A stretch of DNA of 64,000 bases from an uncultured Pelagibacteraceae bacterium (GTDB taxonomy: Bacteria; Pseudomonadota; Alphaproteobacteria; Pelagibacterales; Pelagibacteraceae): NCBI GenBank assembly GCA_902573425.1, contig CACGJO010000002.1, forward strand, positions 1,877 through 65,876, in the 5' to 3' direction. A program made the translations under genes and the position numbers. This document shows, piece by piece, positions 1 through 9,961 of this stretch (position 1 is the first letter of the stretch; every line of letters begins with the position of its first letter). The notes under the pieces are model-generated. The model was not told where the DNA came from and did no database searches. It was given only the letters and a program-made list of their open reading frames with translations.

Positions 1-354
1 AATATTTTCAAAAGATCAGAAGAAAATCTTTATTATGAACTGCCAATTTCTATTGCAGATGCAGCTTTAGGCACGACTGTTGAGGTGCCTTCAATTGATG
101 GTGGCAGAACAAAAATTAAAATTCCATCAGGTACTCAAAGTGGCAAACAACTCAGGCTAAAAGGAAAAGGAATGCCAATATTAAGAAGAAATATAACGGG
201 TGACCTTTATATAAGAATTATTACAGAAGTACCAACATCTTTAACCAAGAAACAGAAAGAATTACTTGTTGAATTTAAGACTTTAGAAGATACTAAATCT
301 AATCCACTAATTAAAAATTTTTTTGAAAAAGCAAAAAAATTTTGGAGAAATTAG
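1..354 (+). CDS. dnaJ: Chaperone DnaJ, C-terminal fragment (5' end lies outside the window)
   Basis: Frame 1 is open from nt 1. The translation NIFKRSEENLYYELPISIADAALGTTVEVPSIDGG...GKQLRLKGKGMP...GDLYIRI matches the DnaJ C-terminal client-binding region. Confidence 0.85.
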   Translation, partial: NIFKRSEENLYYELPISIADAALGTTVEVPSIDGGRTKIKIPSGTQSGKQLRLKGKGMPILRRNITGDLYIRIITEVPTSLTKKQKELLVEFKTLEDTKSNPLIKNFFEKAKKFWRN

Positions 355-1131
355 ATGAAAAAAATTAATTTAGCTATAACTGGAGGTCTCGGAAGAATGG
401 GCCAACAAATTATCAGTTCTTCAAAAAAGGATAGAAAGTTAAAAATTGTTTCCATAACTGAAAACAAAATTTTAAACAAAAAAATTTCAGGCTTTAAACT
501 TCAAATTAATTCAAAAAACGTGTTTAGAAATGCGCAAGTTATTATAGATTTTTCAACACCTAAATGTACTTTAGAAATTTTGAAAATTGCATCAATATTA
601 AAAAAAAAAGTAGTTATTGGAACAACGGGTTTTTCAAAAAGAGAAGAGAAATTAATAAAAAAATATTCAAGAAAAATACCTATTTTGAAAGCTGGGAACA
701 TGAGCCTGGGAGTTAATTTACTAGTTTATCTAACAGAAATTGCGTCTAGATCTCTTGGTAATAATTTTTTAAGTAAAATTTATGAGGTACACCATAAACA
801 TAAAAAAGATCATCCATCAGGCACAGCTCTGATGCTTGGAAAAGGTGTAGCAAAGGGTAAAAAATTAAATCTAAGTAGAATTATGGGAAAAAAATATTTA
901 AACAAAAAATCATTTCCTTTTAGCAAAAAAACTAACTTTAATTCACTTAGAAAAGGCAAAGTTGTTGGCGAACATGAAGTAAAATTCTCTAGCGGAAAAG
1001 AAATAATCACTTTAAACCATGAGTCATTTGATCGAGCACTCTACTCCGAGGGTGCTTTGGCTGCTGCAAAATGGTTAGTTAATAAAAAACCGGGTTTATA
1101 CTCTATGAAAAATGTTTTAAATTTTAAATAA
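355..1131 (+). CDS. dapB: 4-hydroxy-tetrahydrodipicolinate reductase
   Basis: N-terminal dinucleotide fold (ITGGLGRMGQ) and the DapB signature EVHHKHKKDHPSGTA. The ATG directly follows the dnaJ stop. Confidence 0.9.
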   Translation: MKKINLAITGGLGRMGQQIISSSKKDRKLKIVSITENKILNKKISGFKLQINSKNVFRNAQVIIDFSTPKCTLEILKIASILKKKVVIGTTGFSKREEKLIKKYSRKIPILKAGNMSLGVNLLVYLTEIASRSLGNNFLSKIYEVHHKHKKDHPSGTALMLGKGVAKGKKLNLSRIMGKKYLNKKSFPFSKKTNFNSLRKGKVVGEHEVKFSSGKEIITLNHESFDRALYSEGALAAAKWLVNKKPGLYSMKNVLNFK

Positions 1132-1141
1132 ATTTAAAACT

Positions 1142-1795
1142 ATGAACCAGGTAAAAAGAGCAAAAATAATTTTAAAAATTTTAAATAAAATTTATCCTAA
1201 AACACCAATACCTCTTAAACACAAAAATACTTTTACTCTATTAGTTTCGGTAGCATTATCTGCTCAAACAACAGATCTTAATGTTAATAATGTTACAAAG
1301 AATATTTATAAAAAGTATTTCAAGCCAATTCATTTTGTAAAACTGGGTAGAAAAAGAATTGAGATATTAATTAAAAGAATAGGACTGTTTAGAAATAAAG
1401 CTAAAAGTGTTTACTTACTATCAAAACAATTAATTGAAAAACATGATGGAAAAGTTCCAAAAAACTTTAAAGATTTAGAAAATTTGCACGGTGTAGGTCA
1501 TAAGACTGCTAGTGTGCTCATGTCCCAAAAATTTGGTATACCTGCATTTCCGGTTGATACACATATTCATCGATTAGCACAAAGATGGGGCTTGACGAAT
1601 GGAAAAAATGTTGTCCAAACTGAAAAAGATCTAAAAAGGCTATTCCCTAAAAAGTCCTGGACTAAGTTACATCTTCAAATCATTTACTACGGCAGAGAAT
1701 ATTGTAAAGCAAGAGAATGCTATGGTGTCACTTGTAAAATTTGTACCACTTGTTATCCTGGAAGAAAAAACCCCATAAGAACAAAAAAGGCATGA
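1142..1795 (+). CDS. nth: Endonuclease III (DNA glycosylase/AP lyase)
   Basis: HhH-GPD motifs LSAQTTD, LHGVGHKTASV and PVDTHIHRL, plus a C-terminal Cys cluster for the 4Fe-4S centre. Confidence 0.9.
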   Translation: MNQVKRAKIILKILNKIYPKTPIPLKHKNTFTLLVSVALSAQTTDLNVNNVTKNIYKKYFKPIHFVKLGRKRIEILIKRIGLFRNKAKSVYLLSKQLIEKHDGKVPKNFKDLENLHGVGHKTASVLMSQKFGIPAFPVDTHIHRLAQRWGLTNGKNVVQTEKDLKRLFPKKSWTKLHLQIIYYGREYCKARECYGVTCKICTTCYPGRKNPIRTKKA

Positions 1796-1796
1796 T

Positions 1797-2726
1797 ATGA
1801 AAGTCTTAGGAATAGGAAACGCAATAGTGGATGTTATATGTAAAGTAGATGATAACTTTTTAATTAAAAACAAACTCACAAAAAGCACAATGAAATTAGT
1901 CAATGAAAATGAATTTAAAGATATTACATCAAATTTAAAAATTGAAGACACAGTTTCGGGTGGGTCAGTTGCTAATTCAATTGTTGGACTCTCACAATTA
2001 AATAATGAAGTTGGTTTTATTGGGAAAATTAATAACGACAAATTTGGTAATAAATATGAAGAAGGATTAAAAAAAGAGAAAGTAAAATTTTTTTTTTCAA
2101 AAAAAAATGAAGAGACCCCGACTGGCACTTGTTTAATTTTAATAACTCCAGACTCTGAGAGGACAATGTGTACTTTTTTGGGAATTGCAGGAAAGATAAA
2201 CGAGACTGATATTGATATTGAAGCAATAAGAAAAAGTGAAATTACTTTTTTTGAAGGTTACCTTTGGGATGAGGGACACCCAAAAAAAGCATTTGAAAAA
2301 GCGATAAAAAATTCCAAAAAAACTGCTATGTCGCTTTCTGATAAATTTTGTGTTGATAGACATAAACTAAATTTTTTAGATTTGGTAAAGAATTCTTTAG
2401 ATGTTACATTTGCAAACGAACAAGAAATTTTATCATTGATTGATGCAAAAAATTTTAACGAGGTTATTTCGTTTGGAAAAAGTCTGAAAAAATTAATTGT
2501 TATTACACGGGGTGAAAAAGGGAGTATAGCTATTAAAGATGATGAGATTATTGAATTCGGAATTCATAAGAATTTAAAAATTGTAGACTTAACAGGTGCG
2601 GGGGATTTATTTGCAGCTGGTTTTCTTCACGGTCATATTAATAATCTATCAATTAAAGAAAGTTTGCAAAAAGGTACAGAAATGTCTTCAAAAATTATTC
2701 AACAAATTGGAGCTAGACTTTCTTAA
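1797..2726 (+). CDS. PfkB-family carbohydrate/adenosine kinase
   Basis: PfkB signatures GGSVANS and DLTGAGDLFAAGFLHG near the C-terminus. The substrate cannot be determined from sequence alone. Confidence 0.8.
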   Translation: MKVLGIGNAIVDVICKVDDNFLIKNKLTKSTMKLVNENEFKDITSNLKIEDTVSGGSVANSIVGLSQLNNEVGFIGKINNDKFGNKYEEGLKKEKVKFFFSKKNEETPTGTCLILITPDSERTMCTFLGIAGKINETDIDIEAIRKSEITFFEGYLWDEGHPKKAFEKAIKNSKKTAMSLSDKFCVDRHKLNFLDLVKNSLDVTFANEQEILSLIDAKNFNEVISFGKSLKKLIVITRGEKGSIAIKDDEIIEFGIHKNLKIVDLTGAGDLFAAGFLHGHINNLSIKESLQKGTEMSSKIIQQIGARLS

Positions 2727-2825
2727 ATTTTTTTCGATTATAACTTCCTTTTCCTTTTTTGGGTTTAACAACTCTTTTTTTATACTTTACCGAAAATAAA
2801 TCTTTAGCAATGATGTTTCTTTTTT

Positions 2826-3455
2826 TCAAAGTGAGTAGCCGTTTTTATTATTTTTAATGAAATTTTTATCTTCAAATATTTCTTTAATTTTTTTTCTTAA
2901 TCGATAAATATGAGTCTCAATAGTATGAGTTTCCGTTCCAGGTGAATATAACCAAATTTTTTCTAAGATATACTTTTTGCTTAAAGAAGATTTTGAATTC
3001 TTTAAACTGCATAGAAAATCGATTTCTTTTTCAGTAATTTTAAGAGTTTTATCTCCTTTTTTCAAAATTCTTTCATTTTTGTTAAGAGTATAGTCTTTTA
3101 TTTTAATCAATGAATTTTTTTGAAACTCATTTTTTTTACACAATTCAACTATCTCTTTGTTAAACTTGATAATATTCAATGGTAGTTTAAAAATTATTTT
3201 AGCTTGATCGTCTATATTCTTGAAATTTTTTTTATTATTTATTAAAATTTTTGGCAAACTCACAAGGCTTTTAGGAATTTTATTTAACATATCATTATCT
3301 ATTATTATTGCATCGAAATTTGAGTTTTGGTGGTTTTTGAAGTTTGGATCAATTATTGACATTTGAAAGGCAAAAAAAGATTTTACTTCTTCTAAATACT
3401 TGTTAAAGTTTTTATCACACAAACACGCAATATTAACTGAATAATTATTATGCAT
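2826..3455 (-). CDS. OmpR/PhoB-type winged-helix transcriptional regulator with an atypical receiver-like N-terminus
   Basis: The C-terminus (LKITEKEIDFLCSL...ILEKIWLYSPGTETHTIETHIYRLRKKI) matches the Trans_reg_C winged helix. The N-terminal half keeps a FDAIIIDNDM-like strand but lacks the usual acidic pair. Confidence 0.65.
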   Translation of the reverse strand: MHNNYSVNIACLCDKNFNKYLEEVKSFFAFQMSIIDPNFKNHQNSNFDAIIIDNDMLNKIPKSLVSLPKILINNKKNFKNIDDQAKIIFKLPLNIIKFNKEIVELCKKNEFQKNSLIKIKDYTLNKNERILKKGDKTLKITEKEIDFLCSLKNSKSSLSKKYILEKIWLYSPGTETHTIETHIYRLRKKIKEIFEDKNFIKNNKNGYSL

Positions 3456-3941
3456 ATAATCTTAAACAAAAATTATCTTTACTTTTATAACTATAAAATA
3501 AAATGCTCAATAGGAAAAAACGGTTTGACCTCCATGAAAAGAGAAGGCGACCAGAGAACACCTAGGGGTAAATTTAAATTTATATTATTACTTTACCGAA
3601 AAGACAGGGTTAATTATTTTCATTCAAAAATAAAAAAAAAAATTATAGAAAAAAATATGGGATGGTGTGATGATCCAAAATCAAATAATTATAATAAGTT
3701 AATAAAGTTTCCATTTAACTTTAGTGCTGAAAAATTATATTTAAAAAAAAATATTTATGATTTAATTTTGGTTTTAGATTTTAATAGAAAACCAATAAAA
3801 AAAGGATTAGGAAGTGCAATTTTTTTGCATATTTCAGATAGGAATTTTAAAGCTACTAAAGGATGTATTTCTGTTAAAAAGATGGACTTTTTAAAGATGT
3901 TAAAAAAAATTACAAAAAAAACAAATTTAATAATTAATTAA
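3450..3941 (+). CDS. L,D-transpeptidase (YkuD) family protein
   Basis: Catalytic motif GSAIFLHISDRNFKATKGCISV (His...Gly-Cys). No obvious signal peptide. Confidence 0.7.
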   Translation: MHIILNKNYLYFYNYKIKCSIGKNGLTSMKREGDQRTPRGKFKFILLLYRKDRVNYFHSKIKKKIIEKNMGWCDDPKSNNYNKLIKFPFNFSAEKLYLKKNIYDLILVLDFNRKPIKKGLGSAIFLHISDRNFKATKGCISVKKMDFLKMLKKITKKTNLIIN

Positions 3942-4632
3942 ATTTTCTTTCTCCAAATATAGCTGAACCAATTCTAACAAAAGTAGATTGGTATTTAAGG
4001 GCAATAGCATAATCATTTGACATTCCCAAGCTTAGATGTTTAAGACCTAATTCTGAATTTAAAGCTGAAATTTCACTAAAATACTTTTCTGGACTTTGAT
4101 TAAAGGGCGGTATTGCCATCAACCCTATTACATTTATTTTTAAGTCATTCTTGCAATAAATTAAAAAATCTTTGGTTTCATTTTTATTAATGCCTCCTTT
4201 TTGGCTCTCATTACCAAGATTTATTTGAATAAAATATGAAAGTTTTTTATTAATTTCGTCTTCTCTTTTTTTTAAAGTTTCTGCTAATTTTTTACTATCT
4301 ACAGAATGTATAAAATCGAATATTTGAACTGCTTTTTTAACTTTATTGGTCTGAAGTCTTCCAACCATGTGTAATTTAATATTTTTATTTTTATTTTTTA
4401 CATCAAACCACTTTTGTTCTGCCTCTTGCACTTTGTTTTCACCAAAATGTGTATGGCCATAATCTATTAGGGGAGATATTTTGGATAGTCCAAATGTTTT
4501 TGAAATACAAATTATTTGTGGAAGAGTCTCATTTTTAATATTTAGTTTTTTTATATTTTCTTGTATTAAAATTAATTTATTTATAATTTCATCATTCATG
4601 GTATCAAAAAAAATATATTTCTTTATTGACAA
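3934..4632 (-). CDS. yggS: YggS-family pyridoxal-phosphate homeostasis protein
   Basis: ICISKT (PLP lysine), FGENKVQE and HMVGRLQTNKVK motifs. An alternative start at Met12 (nt 4599) is possible. Confidence 0.85.
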   Translation of the reverse strand: MSIKKYIFFDTMNDEIINKLILIQENIKKLNIKNETLPQIICISKTFGLSKISPLIDYGHTHFGENKVQEAEQKWFDVKNKNKNIKLHMVGRLQTNKVKKAVQIFDFIHSVDSKKLAETLKKREDEINKKLSYFIQINLGNESQKGGINKNETKDFLIYCKNDLKINVIGLMAIPPFNQSPEKYFSEISALNSELGLKHLSLGMSNDYAIALKYQSTFVRIGSAIFGERKFN

Positions 4633-5173
4633 AATTAATGAGATTAACCTAGATCAAGTAAAAAAGACAGGTGCTATTTTAATCTTAAGGAAATCAAAAG
4701 ATATTAGTCATAAAAGTTTGAAAAAATTTGCTTCAAATTGTAAAAGTAAAAGGATTGATTTATTTGTAGCCAACTGCTTAAAACTTCTATCTTTACTTAA
4801 AACCAATAGATTTTATATATCTGCTTGGAATAAAAAATATTACAAAAATCTCAGAAAATTTAATAGCAAAATTGAGATAGTCGGTAGTGCTCATAATGTT
4901 AAGGAAATTAAGGAAAAAATTGACCAAGGTTGTTCTCAGATTTTTTTGTCCAGAATTTTTGAAACGAAATACAGATTTAAAAAGGGATTTTTGGGTGTGG
5001 CTAAGTTTAACTTAATAACACAAAAGTTTAAAACAAATTTTATAGCTCTTGGAGGTATAAATATCAAAAATTTTAATCAAATAAAAAATTTAAATATCAT
5101 CGGTTTCGCTATCTCTTCAGATAAAAAAAAAGCCGGTAAATACATACCGGCTTTTTTTAAAAAAACTTATTAG
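4598..5173 (+). CDS. Thiamine-phosphate synthase (ThiE)-like TIM-barrel protein, possibly degenerate
   Basis: IVGSAHN, IFLSRIFETK and FIALGGINIKNF...GFAISS resemble ThiE C-terminal strands, but the central HLGQxD-type motif is not evident. I moved the start to the internal ATG at 4598 because the tracked ORF start at 4481 overlaps yggS by 152 nt. Confidence 0.5.
   Translation: MVSKKIYFFIDKINEINLDQVKKTGAILILRKSKDISHKSLKKFASNCKSKRIDLFVANCLKLLSLLKTNRFYISAWNKKYYKNLRKFNSKIEIVGSAHNVKEIKEKIDQGCSQIFLSRIFETKYRFKKGFLGVAKFNLITQKFKTNFIALGGINIKNFNQIKNLNIIGFAISSDKKKAGKYIPAFFKKTY
5123..5158. terminator. Bidirectional rho-independent terminator between the ThiE-like gene and the porin gene
   Basis: 8-bp stem AGCCGGTA (5131-5138) / TACCGGCT (5145-5152) with a 6-nt loop. 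An A-run lies on one side and a T-run on the other, just downstream of the porin stop (5177). Confidence 0.75.
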
Positions 5174-5176
5174 TCT

Positions 5177-6187
5177 TTAGAACGCAACTGATAAAGAAAC
5201 TGATCTTGCAGATTCTGTCTTACCAACTGTGTAACCAGCATTGTCCGCTTCAGCATCAACTAGACCAATAGTCATTCCACCCATTGTGTATGAAAGACTT
5301 ATTGAATCCATGTCTTGTTCAATAAACGTACCTTCTTGTGATTTTTCTGATTCAATTTCGTTATAAGAAACTGAAAAATTATCACTAACGGCATATGAAA
5401 TACCTAGGTAGTTAGTGTCAAATGAAACGTCATTAGCACCTGGTTGTGAAACTACACCTCTTTGAGCACCTATACTAAAAGCACCAGCGCTATATTTCGC
5501 GTAGATAGTACCTTCGTGGTCGTCCTCGTCATCAGAGTTTGCTGTAAGTGCAGCACTATTAGCTAGCATTGCATAACCAACTCCAAGACTTAGTCCATCA
5601 ACCATAGGAACTGAACCTTGTAGGGTAATTTCGTAACCTTCTTCGTTACCGGCGTTTTGTGAAGCTGTACCGTTGTCGGCATTAGCATCTCCTGCACCGT
5701 GTTGATAGAAGTACATAGCATCAACTTTTACTCCAGATCCAAAAGCATCTGCTAATGTGTATCTGATACCATAAGTACCATCTGAACCATTAACATCATC
5801 AATTGATCCAACTGTAGCATTCGCTTCTTCGAAAGCTGTTGGTGTTACGTCATCGATCGCACTGATTGGTGAACCAGTTGATGTCAACGCAAGTGAAGCA
5901 TCGCCTAAGAATGGTAGACCCGTGAACACAAGTTCTGAGTCACTAAATGCGAAGGCATCTGTTGTTGTTTGTTTGTATGCAACTCCAACTCCATTATCTA
6001 ATTCTCCTGAACCAGTAATTGAAAGTTCTTTGTCCATACCAAGTGGTTGTGACGAAGTAGTCATTCCACCTTTTTTAGTAAAACTACCTTCCATTGAACC
6101 AGAAATTGACATTTCACCTGCGTTAACAGATGTAAATGCAAGAGCTCCAGCTAATGCAGATAGACCTACTTTTGTTATGTTTTTCAT
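5177..6187 (-). CDS. Outer-membrane beta-barrel porin
   Basis: Signal peptide MKNITKVGLSALAGALAFTSVNA, alternating Gly/Ser/Asp/Tyr-rich amphipathic strands and a C-terminal ...LSVAF. The start is set at the second ATG (6187), which lies 7 nt after a GGAG. The gene is visibly GC-richer than its neighbours. Confidence 0.8.
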   Translation of the reverse strand: MKNITKVGLSALAGALAFTSVNAGEMSISGSMEGSFTKKGGMTTSSQPLGMDKELSITGSGELDNGVGVAYKQTTTDAFAFSDSELVFTGLPFLGDASLALTSTGSPISAIDDVTPTAFEEANATVGSIDDVNGSDGTYGIRYTLADAFGSGVKVDAMYFYQHGAGDANADNGTASQNAGNEEGYEITLQGSVPMVDGLSLGVGYAMLANSAALTANSDDEDDHEGTIYAKYSAGAFSIGAQRGVVSQPGANDVSFDTNYLGISYAVSDNFSVSYNEIESEKSQEGTFIEQDMDSISLSYTMGGMTIGLVDAEADNAGYTVGKTESARSVSLSVAF

Positions 6188-6373
6188 GTTTATCTCCATA
6201 TTGTTTGTTTATTTAAATAAACTGTGTGAAAATTACCTAAAATTCATGAATTATTCATAATTTATTGATATTTATTAGTTTTTTTTATAGTAGTGTTGTA
6301 TAAATAGCACACAAAAATATGTGTTTTTTGGTGTTATTCTGCAACCTTTGAGATTATAAAAAATTATCAAACT

Positions 6374-6916
6374 ATGAAGACTTTAAACAGAATTTTATTA
6401 ATTTTTTTTATTCCGATATTTCTAATCTCTTGCGGTGGTGGGTTTAAACTTCCAAAACCAGGTGATGCTCGAAATATTCCATCTGATGGGAGGGAGAGGG
6501 CTAGAAAGAACATTGAGGAAGGCCGAGGCGTAAGTGCAGGCGATCTTTTTGGAAGCAACAAATCTACAAATTATGAATTTAGTACCTCAAATCCACTTTG
6601 GAGAGCAACGTTTGATGTAATAGATTTTATGCCTTTAGTAACAGTTGATTATTCTGGCGGTATGATAGTCACAGATTGGTACACAGATTCAAATACTACG
6701 AATGACTCACTTAAGTTTACCATAAGGTTTCTTTCTAATGATATAAGGGCGGACAGTTTAAAAATAATTATTCATAAAAAAACCTGTAAGTCACAATCAA
6801 ATTGTATAATTACAAAAATAACCTCGAATAGATTAGAGGACACCATCAGATCAGATATCATTAAAAAAGCAGCTATATTGGATGCAGACTCAAAAAAGAA
6901 AAGGAAGAAGAGTTAA
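6374..6916 (+). CDS. Lipoprotein, DUF3576-like
   Basis: Lipobox FLISC followed by GGG. It sits directly upstream of leuS, as DUF3576 lipoproteins do in alphaproteobacteria (assignment from memory). Confidence 0.6.
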   Translation: MKTLNRILLIFFIPIFLISCGGGFKLPKPGDARNIPSDGRERARKNIEEGRGVSAGDLFGSNKSTNYEFSTSNPLWRATFDVIDFMPLVTVDYSGGMIVTDWYTDSNTTNDSLKFTIRFLSNDIRADSLKIIIHKKTCKSQSNCIITKITSNRLEDTIRSDIIKKAAILDADSKKKRKKS

Positions 6917-6948
6917 TTTAAAACAAAATTTTAGAAAATTTTATTTCT

Positions 6949-9486
6949 ATGGATAAAATCAACACCTCTGACATAGATAAAAAATGGCAATCTTTTTGGG
7001 CTCAGAGAAAAAACAAATTCAAACATACAGATAAAGAAAAAAAATTTTACTGTCTTGAGATGTTTCCTTATCCTTCGGGAAAAATTCATATGGGACATGT
7101 TAGAAACTACGCAATTGGTGATGTGCTGGCTAGATACAAAATGATAAATGGGTTTAATGTTCTACATCCAATGGGATGGGACGCTTTTGGTCTTCCAGCT
7201 GAGAATGCTGCAAAAGAAAATAATTTAAATCCAAAAGATTGGACAAAAAAAAATATATCTACAATGAAGCATCAACTTCAATTATTAGGTCTTTCTATAG
7301 ACTGGGATTTAGAAATATCCACTTGTGATGAGGATTATTACAAGCATCAACAAGAATTATTTATTGATTTTTATAATAAGGGATTAGTTGTAAGGAAAGA
7401 AACATATGTGAACTGGGATCCAGTAGAAAAAACTGTTCTTGCCAATGAACAAGTTATTGACGGTAAAGGTTGGCGTTCAAATGCAGTAGTTGAAAGAAAA
7501 AAATTGTTCCAATGGTTTTTTAATATTTCTAAATTTTCAGATGAATTACTTGAGGATTTAAGTTCCCTAAAAGAATGGCCGGAAAGAGTAAAGCTAATGC
7601 AAAAAAATTGGATAGGTAAATCTGTGGGGTGTGAAATAGATTTTAAAATATATAAAAATGATAAATCAGTTAAAGTTTTTACAACTCGTCCTGATACAAT
7701 ATTTGGTGCAACTTTCTTAGCTTTATCTGTTGACCATCCTTTGTGTAAAGATTACTTAACACGCTCAGATTTCATAGATTTTAAAAAAAAATGTTCTCAG
7801 GTAGGGACTACTGAGGAGGCGATTGCCAACGCCGAAAAGATTGGTTTTAAAACAGATTTAGAGGCTGAGCACCCATTTATTAAAGGAAAAAAAATTCCAA
7901 TTTATGTTTCGAATTTTATACTTATGGACTATGGAACTGGAGCAATATTTGGATGTCCTGCACACGACCAAAGAGATCTTGATTTTGCAACCAAGTACAA
8001 AATTGAGGTAATACAAGTAGTCAAACCTAAAAATACAAATAATGAAAAAATTCATAATGGAGCTTTTACAGGGGAAGGATCAATAATTAATTCTGACTTT
8101 TTAAATAATTTAACAATTTCTGAAGCAAAAGAAAAAATTGTAAAAGAAATTGAAAAAAAGAAAATCGGAAAAAAAAAGATCACATATAGACTTAAAGATT
8201 GGGGTGTATCAAGGCAAAGATATTGGGGTTGTCCAATCCCAATGATATATTTAAAAAACGGCAAGGTTATACCGGTTGATAAAAGTGAACTTCCAATAAG
8301 ATTGCCAGATGATATTGATATTAATTCCAAAGGTAATCCTCTTGATAATCATCCAACATGGAAAAAAACTAGATACAAAAAAACTGGTGAGAAAGCCACT
8401 AGAGAAACAGACACATTGGACACATTCGTGGATTCTTCATGGTATTTTTTGAGGTTTTGTTCTCCAAAACTGAAATCTAAGCCCTTTGATGAAGAAGCGT
8501 TTAAATACTGGATGCCTGTAGATCAATATATAGGTGGTATAGAACATGCTATTTTGCATTTGCTTTATTCAAGATTTTTTATGAGAGCAATAAAGTTTTG
8601 CAAAAAAGATATTAAGATTAAAGAACCGTTCAAAGGGTTATTTACACAAGGTATGGTTTGTCACGAAACATACAAGAGTGAGAAGGGCAAGTGGTTGAGC
8701 CCAGATCAAGTTGAAAATACAAAACTTGGTATGAGATCAAAAATTGATGGATCTAAAATAAAAGTAGGCCCTTCAGAGGCAATGTCAAAATCGAAAAAGA
8801 ATATAGTGGATCCAGAAAGTATGATCAAAATTTTTGGAGCTGATGCAGTCAGATGGTTTATTCTCTCAGATAGCCCTCCAGAAAGGGATGTACAATGGTC
8901 AACTGCTGGGGTTTCTGCATCTCACAAATTTATTCAAAGAATATGGAGCCTAAATCAAAAAGTTTTGAATAGAAAACAAGGGGAGATAAGCTCTGCTGAC
9001 GAAAAAAAACTTCAATTAAAATTTAATGAGTATATTTTCAAAATTACAGATTTAATTGAAAATTTTCAACTGAACGTAGCTGTAGCTAAAATTTATGAAA
9101 TAACATCGCTAATGGAAACTAATTTAGAAAAAAAAATACAAAATGAAAATTTAATTATTTTACAAAATAAATTTATGAAGATATTGCTACCTTTTGCTCC
9201 ACATTTATCCTGTGAATGTTTGTCCAAACTTGAAGGAAAAAATTTCTATGAAGAAATTCAGTGGCCCAAAGCCGACAAATCATTGTTAGGAAAACAAGAA
9301 GTTACATTAGTTGTTCAAATTAATGGTAAAAAAAGGGCCTTAATTGTTACAAAAAAGGACCTTTCTGAGAAAGATGTGTTAGCTGAAGCAAAAAAAATAG
9401 AAAATATTCAAAAAAATCTTAAAGGCAAAAAGATTATTAAAAATATATTCGTTAAAAATAAAATAATAAATTTAATAATTAATTGA
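6949..9486 (+). CDS. leuS: Leucine--tRNA ligase
   Basis: HIGH-type motif [18 protein letters not shown]-type AMSKSKKN, 845 aa. Confidence 0.97.
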   Translation: MDKINTSDIDKKWQSFWAQRKNKFKHTDKEKKFYCLEMFPYPSGKIHMGHVRNYAIGDVLARYKMINGFNVLHPMGWDAFGLPAENAAKENNLNPKDWTKKNISTMKHQLQLLGLSIDWDLEISTCDEDYYKHQQELFIDFYNKGLVVRKETYVNWDPVEKTVLANEQVIDGKGWRSNAVVERKKLFQWFFNISKFSDELLEDLSSLKEWPERVKLMQKNWIGKSVGCEIDFKIYKNDKSVKVFTTRPDTIFGATFLALSVDHPLCKDYLTRSDFIDFKKKCSQVGTTEEAIANAEKIGFKTDLEAEHPFIKGKKIPIYVSNFILMDYGTGAIFGCPAHDQRDLDFATKYKIEVIQVVKPKNTNNEKIHNGAFTGEGSIINSDFLNNLTISEAKEKIVKEIEKKKIGKKKITYRLKDWGVSRQRYWGCPIPMIYLKNGKVIPVDKSELPIRLPDDIDINSKGNPLDNHPTWKKTRYKKTGEKATRETDTLDTFVDSSWYFLRFCSPKLKSKPFDEEAFKYWMPVDQYIGGIEHAILHLLYSRFFMRAIKFCKKDIKIKEPFKGLFTQGMVCHETYKSEKGKWLSPDQVENTKLGMRSKIDGSKIKVGPSEAMSKSKKNIVDPESMIKIFGADAVRWFILSDSPPERDVQWSTAGVSASHKFIQRIWSLNQKVLNRKQGEISSADEKKLQLKFNEYIFKITDLIENFQLNVAVAKIYEITSLMETNLEKKIQNENLIILQNKFMKILLPFAPHLSCECLSKLEGKNFYEEIQWPKADKSLLGKQEVTLVVQINGKKRALIVTKKDLSEKDVLAEAKKIENIQKNLKGKKIIKNIFVKNKIINLIIN

Positions 9487-9959
9487 TGAAAATGAAAATC
9501 TTTAAAAGAATATTTTTTGTTATTTCGGTTTTAATTTTTTTACAAAGTTGCGGTTATCAGCCTTTGTTATCAAGTAAAAATCAGAAGTTTAGCATTGTTA
9601 ATATAAACGTATATGGGGACAAAAAATTGGCACGGACATTGGGAAATTATTTTACTGAAATAGAAAATGTGGATAACAATTTAATTCTTGAAATCACAGC
9701 AGATAAAAAGAAATTAGTTTCGAACAGAACATCCATAGGCGCCAGCTCTGAATATACCGTGACTATCAACTTTGACGTAAAAGTGATATCTGAAACAAAT
9801 AATACAGTGATTTTTACTCAAAATTTCACTAGCACCAACTCTTTTAAAACTTCAAAAGTGCATTTAGACACTCTAAGGAGGGAGAATAAAATTGTGGATA
9901 ATAGTATAAAAAATATAGCTGAACAGATATCAAAAAGGCTAAATGTTATTTTTAATTAA
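9483..9959 (+). CDS. lptE: LPS-assembly lipoprotein LptE
   Basis: Lipobox [10 protein letters not shown], about 160 aa, in the conserved leuS-lptE-holA position with a 4-nt overlap with leuS. Confidence 0.7.
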   Translation: MMKMKIFKRIFFVISVLIFLQSCGYQPLLSSKNQKFSIVNINVYGDKKLARTLGNYFTEIENVDNNLILEITADKKKLVSNRTSIGASSEYTVTINFDVKVISETNNTVIFTQNFTSTNSFKTSKVHLDTLRRENKIVDNSIKNIAEQISKRLNVIFN

Positions 9960-9961
9960 AA

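Noticed and set aside
6246-6258. Perfect 6-1-6 palindrome ATGAATTATTCAT upstream of the porin gene, loosely Fur-box-like
   Set aside because: It is short and composed almost entirely of A/T in a very AT-rich spacer, so chance occurrence is likely. Its resemblance to the GATAATGATAATCATTATC Fur consensus is weak.
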